A stretch of DNA of 64,000 nt from an uncultured virus (IMG/VR IMGVR_UViG_3300031774_002347) (IMGVR_UViG_3300031774_002347), one strand, 5' to 3'; counted from the stretch's first letter, positions 41,101-50,716 are shown. The notes: a model not told the origin generated them from the sequence alone. Numbers and translations are program-made.

Positions 41101-42541
41101 TATGAAAGGTATTGTTGATAAGATGGGGTGGGAAATTGTAAAGTTCTTTGGTAGTAATAAACATAATAAAGGATTTGATGATTCACCTATACACGATATG
41201 GGAACTGCAACTGCAGGTAAAAAGAATACAGAGAAACCAGAGGACCCTAAAAAATTAAAAGATTTTCACGAAATAATTGATATAACAGAACAAACAAAGG
41301 AGTTATTACTTATGGGAGGAGCATATGGACATATGAGTCATCCTTTTGATGATAATAATCTTACATTTTCAGACTTGAAACAGATAGTTATTAATGGCTT
41401 GGGAGGCAAGTTAGACAGAGAAGATGGAGTTACAGAAAAACTTGATGGACAGAATCTAATGGTAAGTTGGATTGATGGGAAGTTAAGAGCAGCTCGTAAC
41501 AAAGGACATATAAAGAACTTTGGAAAAACTGCACCAACCACGAATGGAATAAAATCTATGTTTAGTGGTAGGGGTAATATAGAAAAAGCCTTTGTAGGTG
41601 CGATGAAAGATTTAGAGAAATCTATAGGTAGTTTAAATGATAAACAAAAAGATAAAGTTTTCGGTAATGGAAAACGATGGATGAATTTAGAGGTTATGTA
41701 TCCAGCAACAGCAAATGTAGTAGATTACGATGTAGCAGAAATAGTGTTTCACGGAACATTAGAGTATGATGAGAGTGGTAGACCAGTTGGTCAACCTAAA
41801 GATAGTGCTCGTATGTTGGCAGGTATGATTAAACAAACAAACAACCATATACAAAAAATGTTCAAGATTGGTAAACCAAATTTTTTAAGTGTACCTAAAC
41901 ATCAAGATTTTGGAAAGATGAAAAATAAATATTTAGGACAATTAAAAAAACTACAATCACAATATGGATTAAGTGATAAGGATACATTAGGTGAATATCA
42001 CGAATCATATTGGAGAGAGTATGTATTCAATGCATCAAAACAATTTGGTGTAAAATTAAAACCAGCACAATTTGCTAAATTAATTAGAAGATGGGCATAC
42101 TTTGATAAAGGATATAAAATACCAGAAATTAAAAAAGATTATAAAGACCATCCTAAATTTTTAGATTGGATAACATCTACAGATAAACAAGACCATACTA
42201 AGATATTTAAACAAAATATAAAACCATTTGAGATATTGTTCTTCTCAGTAGGTGCAGAAATACTCAAAAATATAAGTGGGTATATGGCAGTTAATCCAAA
42301 TAAAACAATTCAGAAGATGAGAAAAGAAATGATTAGTGCAATGAAAGATTTGCAAAAACCAGATAAAATAGAAAAACTAAAAAAGTTAAAAATACAAATT
42401 GAAAAACTACAGAAGATTGGTGGTTTAGATGCAATAGTACCAAGTGAGGGTATAGTGTTTAAGTATAAAGGAAACACATATAAGTTTACAGGTGCATTTG
42501 CTCCAATCAATCAAATACTTGGTAGTATAAAATTTGGATAA
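38138..42541 (+). CDS. Polyprotein: small N-domain + CCA-adding/poly(A)-polymerase NTase + HD + HIGH-type nucleotidyltransferase + unknown + RNA-ligase-like (DUF6267-like) domain
   Basis: GTG start after upstream stop. 'VGGAVRD..DFD', 'RRDLTINA', 'EDPLR'; 'HPEG..LKHT..FHDIGK..GHE'; 'GRFQPYGPHH..SGTTMR'; 'GHMSHP..EKLDG..EGIVF..YK'. Confidence 0.85.
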   Translation: MSLLTEWLIKPLTEDVKLPIEVGDTVLMGRFKNKKVTVKSIDYNEKGDLLINGRPALKFRLTKQNGKKLLPQKTTDKGSVAKDPDMRGAEFKGIRANKKENVNENKITINVPGDIKGLHRLFKKNKKQLYIVGGAVRDAILGKKPKDFDLATDAKPDEVLKIAKSGGFKTYEVGKSFGVVVVGGHEIATFRKDIGKGRRPDAVDFSDIQGDVKRRDLTINAMFYDIGSNEVVDLTGGLKDLKAKIIKTVGNPNRRFDEDPLRKLRALRFQAVVGGKMDKETEMALLKNPSLKGVSFERIREEFVKGIEKGKSPKLFMEACDKFGFTKQIFPKLNIAKPYPQVKDYVLFIASILRNNKVQKLGKQLNALKYSAKDANNIQFLVYLKNFKPENIYMIKKAQDKTTLTPRQIVVWGGMIGKDFRKLATFKLSVKAGGDEFIGLKGKEIGDKIKELEKKKFLNEMIPSPSRKGINKNKTDRMSGYKKVEEIAVRKKPKTFRDIYNSIPIDLKKRVMNLKNFDQRRDAHPEGNVLKHTIAVTNRALKTGDIDFALSALFHDIGKDSTAKIHPKKGFWTHYGHEKVSAKLVLKHKKWIQSLGGDVDDIHYIVKNHMRMKVFDKMRWHKQDKMRKDKAFGKLQKFTTFDKGGRGISDGKINKKTLDSYMENVVYSIIEDGDFAINLNENKIKKVIGIYGGRFQPYGPHHHKTFKWLQSKVDDAYITTSDIKKPPRHPMNFQEKARHMAKMGVPKNKIRKEKVPLVSKELLKKFDPKTTAVVYIFGAKDAGRLSGGKKKDGSPGYFQDYKKNIRNIKGYEEHGYFLVAPHVSMKIGSNEVSGTTMRNILGSPKIKDEDRPKVFKKLFGYYDKGLYNMMTNKFKKLFEFYNQSSVKNILKEVSALGDTVTPSDLDDEGLYDFFNSFGDYKRISPKHAEILGWEVVGDIIGKNAKDPGFDFTTSTISRVDTVTFGKTINQNTSNTDSVSNPFPKYQKYMKGIVDKMGWEIVKFFGSNKHNKGFDDSPIHDMGTATAGKKNTEKPEDPKKLKDFHEIIDITEQTKELLLMGGAYGHMSHPFDDNNLTFSDLKQIVINGLGGKLDREDGVTEKLDGQNLMVSWIDGKLRAARNKGHIKNFGKTAPTTNGIKSMFSGRGNIEKAFVGAMKDLEKSIGSLNDKQKDKVFGNGKRWMNLEVMYPATANVVDYDVAEIVFHGTLEYDESGRPVGQPKDSARMLAGMIKQTNNHIQKMFKIGKPNFLSVPKHQDFGKMKNKYLGQLKKLQSQYGLSDKDTLGEYHESYWREYVFNASKQFGVKLKPAQFAKLIRRWAYFDKGYKIPEIKKDYKDHPKFLDWITSTDKQDHTKIFKQNIKPFEILFFSVGAEILKNISGYMAVNPNKTIQKMRKEMISAMKDLQKPDKIEKLKKLKIQIEKLQKIGGLDAIVPSEGIVFKYKGNTYKFTGAFAPINQILGSIKFG

Positions 42542-42550
42542 GGAGTTATA

Positions 42551-43129
42551 ATGGCAAGTAAATCTAAAGATATGGAAAGACAAAATAAAGCATTAGCTGA
42601 TTTGATGTCTGGAAAAGAATATGTTAAAGACTATGTTCAAGTAGGATACGAGGGTAAACAAGAAAATCTTGGTGGAAAAACAAGAGAATCTAATTTAAGT
42701 AAAGTAATGCAATCAGCAAGAATGCCTTGGTTTTGTCCAACTTGTAAAAAAGCTATGAAGAAAAAACTTGATGATAAGTTTTGGAGAACTAAAGGACATT
42801 GTTTTGATTGTCAAATTGAGTTTGAAAACAAACTTAGAGTGAAAGGTGAATTTGAAAACTATGCAAGGACACTTGAGATAGAGAATAGAAAGTCCTATGT
42901 AAAAGATTTAAAACAATCTCTTGTGGAATTTGAATCTACAGATGGTAAGGCAACATTTTTTAATTCAGTAGGTGTACAAGATATCGAACTTGAAAAAGAA
43001 AAGTGGGATATGGGACAGGAAAAATTTGAAACAATGGTTAAAGAAGCAAAAGAACATATAGATAAAATAGAAAAGGCTATAGATGAAGAGCAAAAAGAAC
43101 TTGATTCTGCCAGAGCAGATAGTACTTGA
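42551..43129 (+). CDS. Zn-finger (CxxC..CxxC) and coiled-coil protein
   Basis: 'CPTC', 'CFDC'; AGGAG SD. Confidence 0.65.
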   Translation: MASKSKDMERQNKALADLMSGKEYVKDYVQVGYEGKQENLGGKTRESNLSKVMQSARMPWFCPTCKKAMKKKLDDKFWRTKGHCFDCQIEFENKLRVKGEFENYARTLEIENRKSYVKDLKQSLVEFESTDGKATFFNSVGVQDIELEKEKWDMGQEKFETMVKEAKEHIDKIEKAIDEEQKELDSARADST

Positions 43130-43355
43130 TTTGATGGCATTAACTTCACGATTGGGTGAGATTGCCGTAGATTATAATAACAAAATTGGTGGTGAAGAAA
43201 CTAATTCATTAGTAAATCTTTACACGAGGGTAGTAAAAAAACTTATGAGTTTAGAATATGAAGATGTACGACATAAAGAAAAGTTTAATACATTTTCACT
43301 TGATGAACTCTTAGATAGTGCAGGAATAGATAAACCTAACAAGGGAGAAGAATAA
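43083..43355 (+). CDS. Hypothetical protein
   Basis: 90-aa ORF overlapping both neighbours. Confidence 0.55.
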   Translation: MKSKKNLILPEQIVLDLMALTSRLGEIAVDYNNKIGGEETNSLVNLYTRVVKKLMSLEYEDVRHKEKFNTFSLDELLDSAGIDKPNKGEE

Positions 43356-43639
43356 TGATAGGTGGAATACTCAATTTTATATTGGGACTTTTTGGTGGAA
43401 AGAAAAAAGAAGAAATCAAAAAGTTAGATAAAGCAGTAGAAGTAAAAGAAAAAGAAGTAAAAGCTCTTGAAAAAGAGGTTGAGGTTCTTGAAAAGAAGAA
43501 AAAAGTTAACAAGAAAGAAGTTGGTAATCTTAAACGAAAAGTAACTAATACTAAAAAACAAATAATAAAAGCTAAAGAAGCATCAGATGTACAAGATGTT
43601 GATGAAGCATTAAAATATTTGAAGAAATTTAGTAAGTAA
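43355..43639 (+). CDS. Membrane-anchored coiled-coil protein (i-spanin-like)
   Basis: Hydrophobic N-terminus 'MIGGILNFILGLFGG' followed by a Lys/Glu coiled coil. Confidence 0.45.
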   Translation: MIGGILNFILGLFGGKKKEEIKKLDKAVEVKEKEVKALEKEVEVLEKKKKVNKKEVGNLKRKVTNTKKQIIKAKEASDVQDVDEALKYLKKFSK

Positions 43640-43641
43640 CA

Positions 43642-43651
43642 CATATTTATA
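43642..43651 (+). promoter_or_regulatory. Recurrent motif CATATTTATA (putative late promoter)
   Basis: Lies immediately upstream of ATG 43655. Confidence 0.5.
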
Positions 43652-43654
43652 TAT

Positions 43655-44038
43655 ATGAAATATATTATATACATATTATTTTTGTTTAGTGTTCTTCTTG
43701 GTCAAACTGCAGAAGAAACCATAACTTTACCTAAAGTAGATGTAGTTGAGTGGGCAAATAAATTACAAGGGTTTGAAAAAGCCGATAGTTTATCTACAAT
43801 TCTTATATCTGATTTAGAGAAGTCTATAATTTTGTTAGAAGAGAATGCATATATGGATTCTTTAATAATAGAAAAACGAGAACTTCAAATTTCGTTACTA
43901 AAGGATACAAATGAACTGATGGAACAGAAAGTTAAACTTGTTAAACCTAAGTGGCATGAAAATAAATGGTTATGGTTTGTTTATGGTGTAGGTGCTACAG
44001 CAATTTCAGTTAACCTTGCAGGACAGATAACAAACTAA
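43655..44038 (+). CDS. Signal-peptide, coiled-coil, C-terminal TM protein (possible spanin-like)
   Basis: N-terminal signal 'MKYIIYILFLFSVLLG'; C-terminal 'WLWFVYGVGATAISV'. Confidence 0.45.
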   Translation: MKYIIYILFLFSVLLGQTAEETITLPKVDVVEWANKLQGFEKADSLSTILISDLEKSIILLEENAYMDSLIIEKRELQISLLKDTNELMEQKVKLVKPKWHENKWLWFVYGVGATAISVNLAGQITN

Positions 44039-45612
44039 TGGCAGAACAAATAAAAGATGTAATTAAACAAGAGTACATTAGGTGTGCAAAAGACCCAGTT
44101 TACTTTTTGATGAAGTATTGTATGATACAACATCCAATCAGAGGTAAGATACCATTTGAATTGTATCAGTTTCAACAAGATACTGTCAGAGAGTTTGTAG
44201 ACAATAGGTTTAATGTAATCTTAAAAGCTCGACAATTGGGTATCAGTACATTAACTGCTGGTTACTCATTATGGTTGATGACATTTTTTCAAGATAAGAA
44301 TATTCTTGTTATTGCTACCAAACAAGATACTGCTAAGAACCTTGTAACAAAAGTTCGTGTTATGCATGCAAACTTACCTTCGTGGTTGAAACAAAGATGT
44401 GTTGAGGATAACAAATTGAACCTTAGATACACCAATGGTTCACAAATAAAAGCAAGTGCAAGTGGACCAGAAGCCGCTCGTTCCGAAGCATTATCATTAT
44501 TGATATTAGATGAGGCTGCGTTTATTGATAAGATAGATGAGATATGGACTGCATCACAACAAACACTTACAACAGGTGGTAGTTGTATTGCGTTATCAAC
44601 ACCTAACGGAGTTGGTAATTGGTTTCATAGAACTTGGGTAGATGCAGAAGAGGGTAGAGGATTATTTAATGATATCAAACTTCATTGGACTGTACATCCA
44701 GATAGAGAACAAGACTGGAGAGATGAGCAAAATACCTTATTAGGATTACAAGGTGCAGCACAAGAATGTGATTGTGATTTTATTACTTCTGGTACTTCAG
44801 TTATTGATGGTGTATTATTAGAGAAGATGAAAACAGATGTATGTCAAGACCCAATTGAAAAGAGAGGTATGGATGGTAACTTATGGATATGGCAACCACC
44901 AAACTATACACGAGATTATATAGTATGTGCTGATGTTGGTAGAGGTGATGGTAAAGATTATAGTGCATTTCATGTCATTGATGTGGAGAATGTAGAACAA
45001 GTTGCAGAGTACAAAGGTAGGATGAGTACTAAAGATTTTGGTAATATGTTAGTGAGTATTTCAACAGAATATAATGATGCTTTACTAATTATAGAAAACA
45101 ATAACATTGGTTGGGCAACAATCCAACAAGTAATAGATAGGGATTATCCTAATCTATTTTATACAAGCAAAGATTTAAAATATGTTGATATGGCACATCA
45201 GATGACTAATCGATATAAACAACAAGATAAGAATATGGTGGCTGGATTCAGTACCACTATGAGAACTCGACCTTTGATTATTGCAAAGTTAGAGGAATAT
45301 TTTAGGAACGAAGAAGTAGTAGTTCGTTCAAACCGATTGGTAGATGAATTATTTACATTTATTTACCATAATAACAGAGCAGAGGCAATGACTGGATACA
45401 ATGATGATTTAGTTATGTCGTTTGCTATAGGATTATGGGTTCGTGATACAGCATTAAGATTACGAACTGAGGGTATAGAATTAGTAAAGAAGTCCCTTAA
45501 TAGTATGTTAGATACTGATGGACTTTATACACCCAGCGAAAATAAAAATGATAGTTGGGAAATGGAAATTGGAAGAAACAAAGAAAAAGAGGGCTTAGAA
45601 TGGCTCTTATAA
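44038..45612 (+). CDS. Terminase large subunit (T4 gp17-like)
   Basis: 'LKARQLGIST' Walker A, 'LILDEAAF' Walker B, 'STPNG', nuclease 'ADVGRG..DYS', 'DDLVM'. Confidence 0.95.
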   Translation: MAEQIKDVIKQEYIRCAKDPVYFLMKYCMIQHPIRGKIPFELYQFQQDTVREFVDNRFNVILKARQLGISTLTAGYSLWLMTFFQDKNILVIATKQDTAKNLVTKVRVMHANLPSWLKQRCVEDNKLNLRYTNGSQIKASASGPEAARSEALSLLILDEAAFIDKIDEIWTASQQTLTTGGSCIALSTPNGVGNWFHRTWVDAEEGRGLFNDIKLHWTVHPDREQDWRDEQNTLLGLQGAAQECDCDFITSGTSVIDGVLLEKMKTDVCQDPIEKRGMDGNLWIWQPPNYTRDYIVCADVGRGDGKDYSAFHVIDVENVEQVAEYKGRMSTKDFGNMLVSISTEYNDALLIIENNNIGWATIQQVIDRDYPNLFYTSKDLKYVDMAHQMTNRYKQQDKNMVAGFSTTMRTRPLIIAKLEEYFRNEEVVVRSNRLVDELFTFIYHNNRAEAMTGYNDDLVMSFAIGLWVRDTALRLRTEGIELVKKSLNSMLDTDGLYTPSENKNDSWEMEIGRNKEKEGLEWLL

Positions 45613-45624
45613 GCGAGGTAAAAA

Positions 45625-47433
45625 ATGGCTGATAAAACATTATTTGGTAGATTAAGACGATTATTTAGTACTAATGTAATCGTAAGAAATGTAGGTGGTA
45701 AGAAATTAAAAGTTGCCGATACAGACCAAGTACAAAAACAAGTAAAATCACATCTTGTAGATAGATATTCTAAACTACATAGTGGGTTGGAAATGAATAA
45801 TACTGGTTATTCTTCATATGCACAACTACAAGCTGCAAGGACTGGATTGTTTAAGGATTATGAATCAATGGAGAGTGATTCTATAATTGCATCTGCACTT
45901 GATATCTATTCAGATGAATCAACAATGAAAAATCCATATGGTGAAGTATTAGAAGTACAGAGTGATGATAATAATATAAAAGAAATTCTACATAACTTAT
46001 TTTATGATATTATGAATATAGAGTTTAATCTTTGGCCTTGGATAAGAAACTTAACCAAGTATGGAGATTTTTTCTTGTACTTAGATGTACAAGATAAGTT
46101 CGGTATTACAAATGTAGTTCCTTTATCACCTTATGAGTTAATTCGTTCAGAGGGAGAGAATCCAGAAAATCCATATTATACTAAATTTTATTTAGAAGCA
46201 ATGGAAAATGCACATCCTTACTTTGCTAGAAGTAGTAAAAACCAAAAGATTGAATTTGAAAACTTTCAAGTTGCTCATTTTAGATTAGCTAATGATAGTA
46301 ATCTATTACCTTATGGTAAATCAATGTTAGAAAGTGCTCGTAAAGTATGGAAACAGATTACATTGATGGAAGATGCTATGTTAATCCATAGAATTATGAG
46401 AGCACCAGAAAAGAGAGTATTCAAGATTGATATCGGAAATATTCCACCAAACGAAGTTGATAATTATATGCAAAGAATTATTAACAAGATGAAGAAAACA
46501 CCATTCATTGATGAGAACACTGGTGATTATAACTTGAAGTTCAACATACAGAACTTAACAGAGGATTTCTTCTTGCCAGTTCGTGGTGGGGATAGTGGTA
46601 CACAGATAGAGAATATGCCTGGTATGCAATATGAAACCACAGAGGATATAGAATATTTGAAGAATCGTATGCTAGCAGCATTGCATGTTCCAAAAGCATT
46701 CTTAGGATATGAGGAATCACTTGGAAGTAAAGCAACATTGGCTGCAGAAGATGTAAGGTTTGCTAGAACGATTGAAAGAATACAAAGAATCGTAGTTAGT
46801 GAATTAACAAAGATTGCAGTTGTTCATTTATATTCACAAGGATATACAGATGCACAATTAGTAAACTTTGAATTGAAGTTAACTAATCCATCTACAATCT
46901 ATGAACAAGAAAAAATTGAATTATGGAGTAACAAAGTTAACCTTGCTCGTGATATGAAAGATAATTCATTATTACCAAGTGATTGGATTTATAAAAATGT
47001 GTTTAACTTTTCAGATGACCAAATTAAAAACCTTGAAAAAGGATTGGTTGATGACCAAAAAGAGAAGTTTAGATATTCTCAAATTGAAATGGAGGGTAAT
47101 GACCCACAAGAAAGTGGAGAAGCAGTTGGAACACCAAGTGATATGGCAACCGCAGACCCAGAACAAGATGGAGACCCAACACCAGCAGGTTCAGTATTTG
47201 ACCAAGAAGAAGTTGCAGATGGTGTAGGTAGACCAAAAGAAGTACCGAGTTATGGTAAAGATGGTAGTGCTCGTGATAGAGACCCACTCGGTAAACATAA
47301 TAAACAAATGGCTTTAGCCCATTATGATGCGTTAAAAAAATCATTTGGAAGTAAAGCAAAAGAAATCCTTAGTGAGACTAGGGAAATAGATGAATTAAAT
47401 AAGGAATATAAAGAATTTACGGACGATAAATAA
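45625..47433 (+). CDS. Portal protein (T4 gp20-like)
   Basis: 'LMEDAMLIHRIMRAPEKRVFKIDIGN', 'EDFFLPVRG'. Confidence 0.95.
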   Translation: MADKTLFGRLRRLFSTNVIVRNVGGKKLKVADTDQVQKQVKSHLVDRYSKLHSGLEMNNTGYSSYAQLQAARTGLFKDYESMESDSIIASALDIYSDESTMKNPYGEVLEVQSDDNNIKEILHNLFYDIMNIEFNLWPWIRNLTKYGDFFLYLDVQDKFGITNVVPLSPYELIRSEGENPENPYYTKFYLEAMENAHPYFARSSKNQKIEFENFQVAHFRLANDSNLLPYGKSMLESARKVWKQITLMEDAMLIHRIMRAPEKRVFKIDIGNIPPNEVDNYMQRIINKMKKTPFIDENTGDYNLKFNIQNLTEDFFLPVRGGDSGTQIENMPGMQYETTEDIEYLKNRMLAALHVPKAFLGYEESLGSKATLAAEDVRFARTIERIQRIVVSELTKIAVVHLYSQGYTDAQLVNFELKLTNPSTIYEQEKIELWSNKVNLARDMKDNSLLPSDWIYKNVFNFSDDQIKNLEKGLVDDQKEKFRYSQIEMEGNDPQESGEAVGTPSDMATADPEQDGDPTPAGSVFDQEEVADGVGRPKEVPSYGKDGSARDRDPLGKHNKQMALAHYDALKKSFGSKAKEILSETREIDELNKEYKEFTDDK

Positions 47434-47450
47434 TTATTATTTGAAGTTTT

Positions 47451-47460
47451 TATATTTATA
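47451..47460 (+). promoter_or_regulatory. Recurrent motif TATATTTATA (putative late promoter)
   Basis: Lies in the gap after the portal gene. Confidence 0.55.
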
Positions 47461-47492
47461 TATGGTACGAATATTTAACAATGGAGTGTTTG

Positions 47493-48356
47493 ATGTCAAG
47501 CAATAAAAAGCATAGTAAAATAAAAAATACAGGTATATTATTCGAACTTTTAACGAGACAGATTACTGTCGATGTGTTAAATAGTTCAAATGAATCATCT
47601 GCAATTAAAATTCTTAAAGAATTTTTCAATCCTAAGACAGAACTTGGGAAAGAATATGAACTTTATAAGATACTTTTAGAAAAAAAGTATGGAAAAAGTG
47701 AACAAGCTAATATATTAATAGAAGCTGTAACAAAAAATCGTAGAAGATTATCTAATCGTAGATTAAAAAACGAAAAGTATAATTTAATTAAAACGATTAA
47801 AGAAAATTATTCAGTAGTTGATTTCTTCAACACAAAAATACCAAATTATAAAGTTTTGGCATCAATTTATAATGTATTTGAAATGGAATCATCTAAAGAA
47901 AAGATTACACCAGTTGAGGAAACTGATAGTAAAGTTACTATTATTGAAAATATTTGTACCGAACAAAAAAATAAACCAAAGAAAAAATCTATTGTGGAAT
48001 CACAAGAAAAAGATTTGCGTTTACTAACTTATCAATTATTAGTTGATAAATTTAATAAAAAATATAGTAATCTAAATGAAAGTCAAAGAAATTTATTGAG
48101 AGAATACATAAACAATCTTTCAAATACTAATTCTCTTAGAGAGTTCATCGATACTGAAGTTATAAAAGTTAAAAAAATCTTAAAAGCTCACTTAAATAAA
48201 GTGAATGATAAGATAACTAAAATAAAATTAAGTGAAGCAATCACACATACAGAAAATTCTACTACTGGTAAGTTTGTAAAAGATTCGCATGTTGTTTCAT
48301 TGATGAGGTATTACGAGCTTATTAAGGAGTTAGATAATGTCCACAAAATTAAATAA
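47493..48356 (+). CDS. Probable prohead core/head assembly protein
   Basis: Follows portal; helical; starts 'KKHSKIKNTGILFELL'. Confidence 0.5.
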   Translation: MSSNKKHSKIKNTGILFELLTRQITVDVLNSSNESSAIKILKEFFNPKTELGKEYELYKILLEKKYGKSEQANILIEAVTKNRRRLSNRRLKNEKYNLIKTIKENYSVVDFFNTKIPNYKVLASIYNVFEMESSKEKITPVEETDSKVTIIENICTEQKNKPKKKSIVESQEKDLRLLTYQLLVDKFNKKYSNLNESQRNLLREYINNLSNTNSLREFIDTEVIKVKKILKAHLNKVNDKITKIKLSEAITHTENSTTGKFVKDSHVVSLMRYYELIKELDNVHKIK

Positions 48357-48990
48357 AAACCAATTTATAGAAGCTCTTCGAAAACTTATAAGAAAAGAAA
48401 TAGAAGAGGCATCAACAACTGCTTCAGCAGGTGGTAACCAAGGTCAAGGTATCCATTATGATACACCAAAAGCATTTGCTAGTGGTTCAGACGAGGGTAA
48501 AGGTCATCCAACAGATGGAGAAGTAGGTGGATATACAAAGGCAGAACAAGTAAATGAAGTAATGTTTGCGGTTAAGATTAGTAAAGATGGTAGTGAATTA
48601 CAAACTATCGTTGGTGCATCATCTAAAGGACAAGCTAAAACAAAAGTTGCTAGAATGTTAAAAGGTGGAATGAAAGATATCATTGGTGTATCAAGAATAC
48701 AACCAGCATTTGGTAAACAAATTGATAAAAAAATTGAAAATGTAAGTGAAGGTCGTTATCATCAATATCGTAATGATGATTCTTTAACTGCAAAACAAAA
48801 GATTGGTCATTCAATGAGAGAGGTTAGGGATAAACTAACTGAATTAAGTAAACTTATTGATATGAATGTTAAATTAAAGAATGAGTTAAGTGTTGATTCA
48901 AAATCATATTGGAAGAACACACATAAAGCAATGAGTAAAATATCAGAACGATTAGTAAAACTCGCTAATAAAGTAGGGAAACTGCAATGA
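48337..48990 (+). CDS. Probable internal head protein
   Basis: 'LRKLIRKEIEE' leader; VNE and VSE junctions; within the head module. Confidence 0.5.
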   Translation: MSTKLNKNQFIEALRKLIRKEIEEASTTASAGGNQGQGIHYDTPKAFASGSDEGKGHPTDGEVGGYTKAEQVNEVMFAVKISKDGSELQTIVGASSKGQAKTKVARMLKGGMKDIIGVSRIQPAFGKQIDKKIENVSEGRYHQYRNDDSLTAKQKIGHSMREVRDKLTELSKLIDMNVKLKNELSVDSKSYWKNTHKAMSKISERLVKLANKVGKLQ

Positions 48991-50090
48991 ACGATAAATA
49001 TTTAAAAGAATCAATGGATATACTAAATAGAAAATTTGGTGAACCATTACCAACACTTGAGGATACTACAAAAGCTTATCAAGAGATAAAGTTTGGTTCA
49101 AAAGCACAATATGATAAGTATAAGAAACAACACAAAATTAGACCTGGTACTGAAATTGATATTGATGGTAAAAAATCTAAAGAAAAAGGTGATGTAAAAG
49201 ATGTAAAACCAGATAAAAAAATTGATAAACAAACATCTAAAGCAGCAGATGATGCAAATGAAAAAATGGCAATGGCAGATGTACCAAATATTCGTATTCA
49301 ACAAATTACAAATGCAGACGTAGATGTTATCAAACCAGACCATATAGCTAAAACACATAAAGCTTTGAAAAAAGCTGGTAGTAATAAAGCTGATAAATTT
49401 AAAGAATTGGGTGATGCATATGCACAAGCAGAAAAGGATAGAACTAAAGAATATCGTAAATATTATAAAAAGGACGAACCAAACGATTCTGAAGCTAATA
49501 AAAAAGCAAGAAAAGCATTTGAAGATGGTGATGACAAAGTATCAAAATTAGGTTCTGAAATGCAAAAACTTTTGGGTAAAAAAGATTTGAACAAAAGAGT
49601 AAAAGAAAATAATGTAGCACTTACTGAAAACCCAATAGTTGCAGCGACTGTAATGCATATGACAAAGATGAATATGAAAAACCCTAAAACTGGTAGAACT
49701 ATTAAAGCAATCACACCATTAAAAAATAAAGAACACCCATTACATAAGAAATCAAAGGGTATTTTTGATAAGATTAAAGATGCTATGAAAAAGAAAAAGA
49801 AAGTAGAACCTAAAAAACAATCTAAATCAGATGCTGATTTCTATAAAAAACAATTCACTGGTGAAGTAACAGAGGGACCAGATGATAAAAGGTCTGCAAG
49901 AAGAGTATTATCAAAGATTGCTAAAACGGAAACAAAATTTAGAAAAGAAATGTATGAATTAGAACAAGCATTTCTACAAGACCCACGAACTGAAAATAAA
50001 CAAGCAGCAAAAGACATAAAGAAAGCATATAAAGATGGGGTAACAAAGTTTATGAGAGATTCAGTTAAACTGATTAAAGGGATGAAATAA
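48987..50090 (+). CDS. Lys-rich probable internal head protein
   Basis: Modules separated by LKE, VKE, LTE and VTE. Confidence 0.5.
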   Translation: MNDKYLKESMDILNRKFGEPLPTLEDTTKAYQEIKFGSKAQYDKYKKQHKIRPGTEIDIDGKKSKEKGDVKDVKPDKKIDKQTSKAADDANEKMAMADVPNIRIQQITNADVDVIKPDHIAKTHKALKKAGSNKADKFKELGDAYAQAEKDRTKEYRKYYKKDEPNDSEANKKARKAFEDGDDKVSKLGSEMQKLLGKKDLNKRVKENNVALTENPIVAATVMHMTKMNMKNPKTGRTIKAITPLKNKEHPLHKKSKGIFDKIKDAMKKKKKVEPKKQSKSDADFYKKQFTGEVTEGPDDKRSARRVLSKIAKTETKFRKEMYELEQAFLQDPRTENKQAAKDIKKAYKDGVTKFMRDSVKLIKGMK

Positions 50091-50091
50091 A

Positions 50092-50715
50092 ATGAAAAAC
50101 TTAATTGTAGATTATATACCTTTTGAGATATCAAGAAACCAAATTCAAGAATCAATTAAAGAGAATGATGGTAAATTGGTAGTTAAAGGTGTATTACAAA
50201 GAGCAGATGCAAAGAATCAAAATGGAAGAGTATATCCAATGGAGATTCTAACAAGAGAAGCAAAGAATTATGACGATGGATTTATTAAACAGAAAAGAGC
50301 ATTAGGTGAACTTGACCATCCAGATTCATCAGTAGTTAATCTACAAAATGTATCTCACAACATTACAGAGATGCACTTTGAGGGTGATAGTTTAGTTGGG
50401 ACAGTAGAAATCTTAACAACACCAAGTGGAAACATTTTAAGAGAGTTATTTAAGAATGGTATCAAGTTAGGTATCAGTTCTCGTGGTATGGGTTCAGTTG
50501 AGGCAGTACAAGAAGCAGATAGTAAAACACCAGTGATGAAAGTTGGACAGGATTTTGAATTAATCGCATTTGATTTCGTATCAAATCCATCAACACACGG
50601 AGCTTTTTTACATCCAGTCAATGAGGGTGTATCACAACCACAAACACAAGGTAGAACTTGTGGTACTTATTGTAAAGCAGAAGATATAATTAACAAAATT
50701 ATAAGAGGAGAGTAA
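50092..50715 (+). CDS. Prohead core protease (T4 gp21-like)
   Basis: 'NQNGRVYP', 'ALGELDHP', 'GISSRGMGS', 'FDFVSNPS'. Confidence 0.93.
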   Translation: MKNLIVDYIPFEISRNQIQESIKENDGKLVVKGVLQRADAKNQNGRVYPMEILTREAKNYDDGFIKQKRALGELDHPDSSVVNLQNVSHNITEMHFEGDSLVGTVEILTTPSGNILRELFKNGIKLGISSRGMGSVEAVQEADSKTPVMKVGQDFELIAFDFVSNPSTHGAFLHPVNEGVSQPQTQGRTCGTYCKAEDIINKIIRGE

Positions 50716-50716
50716 G

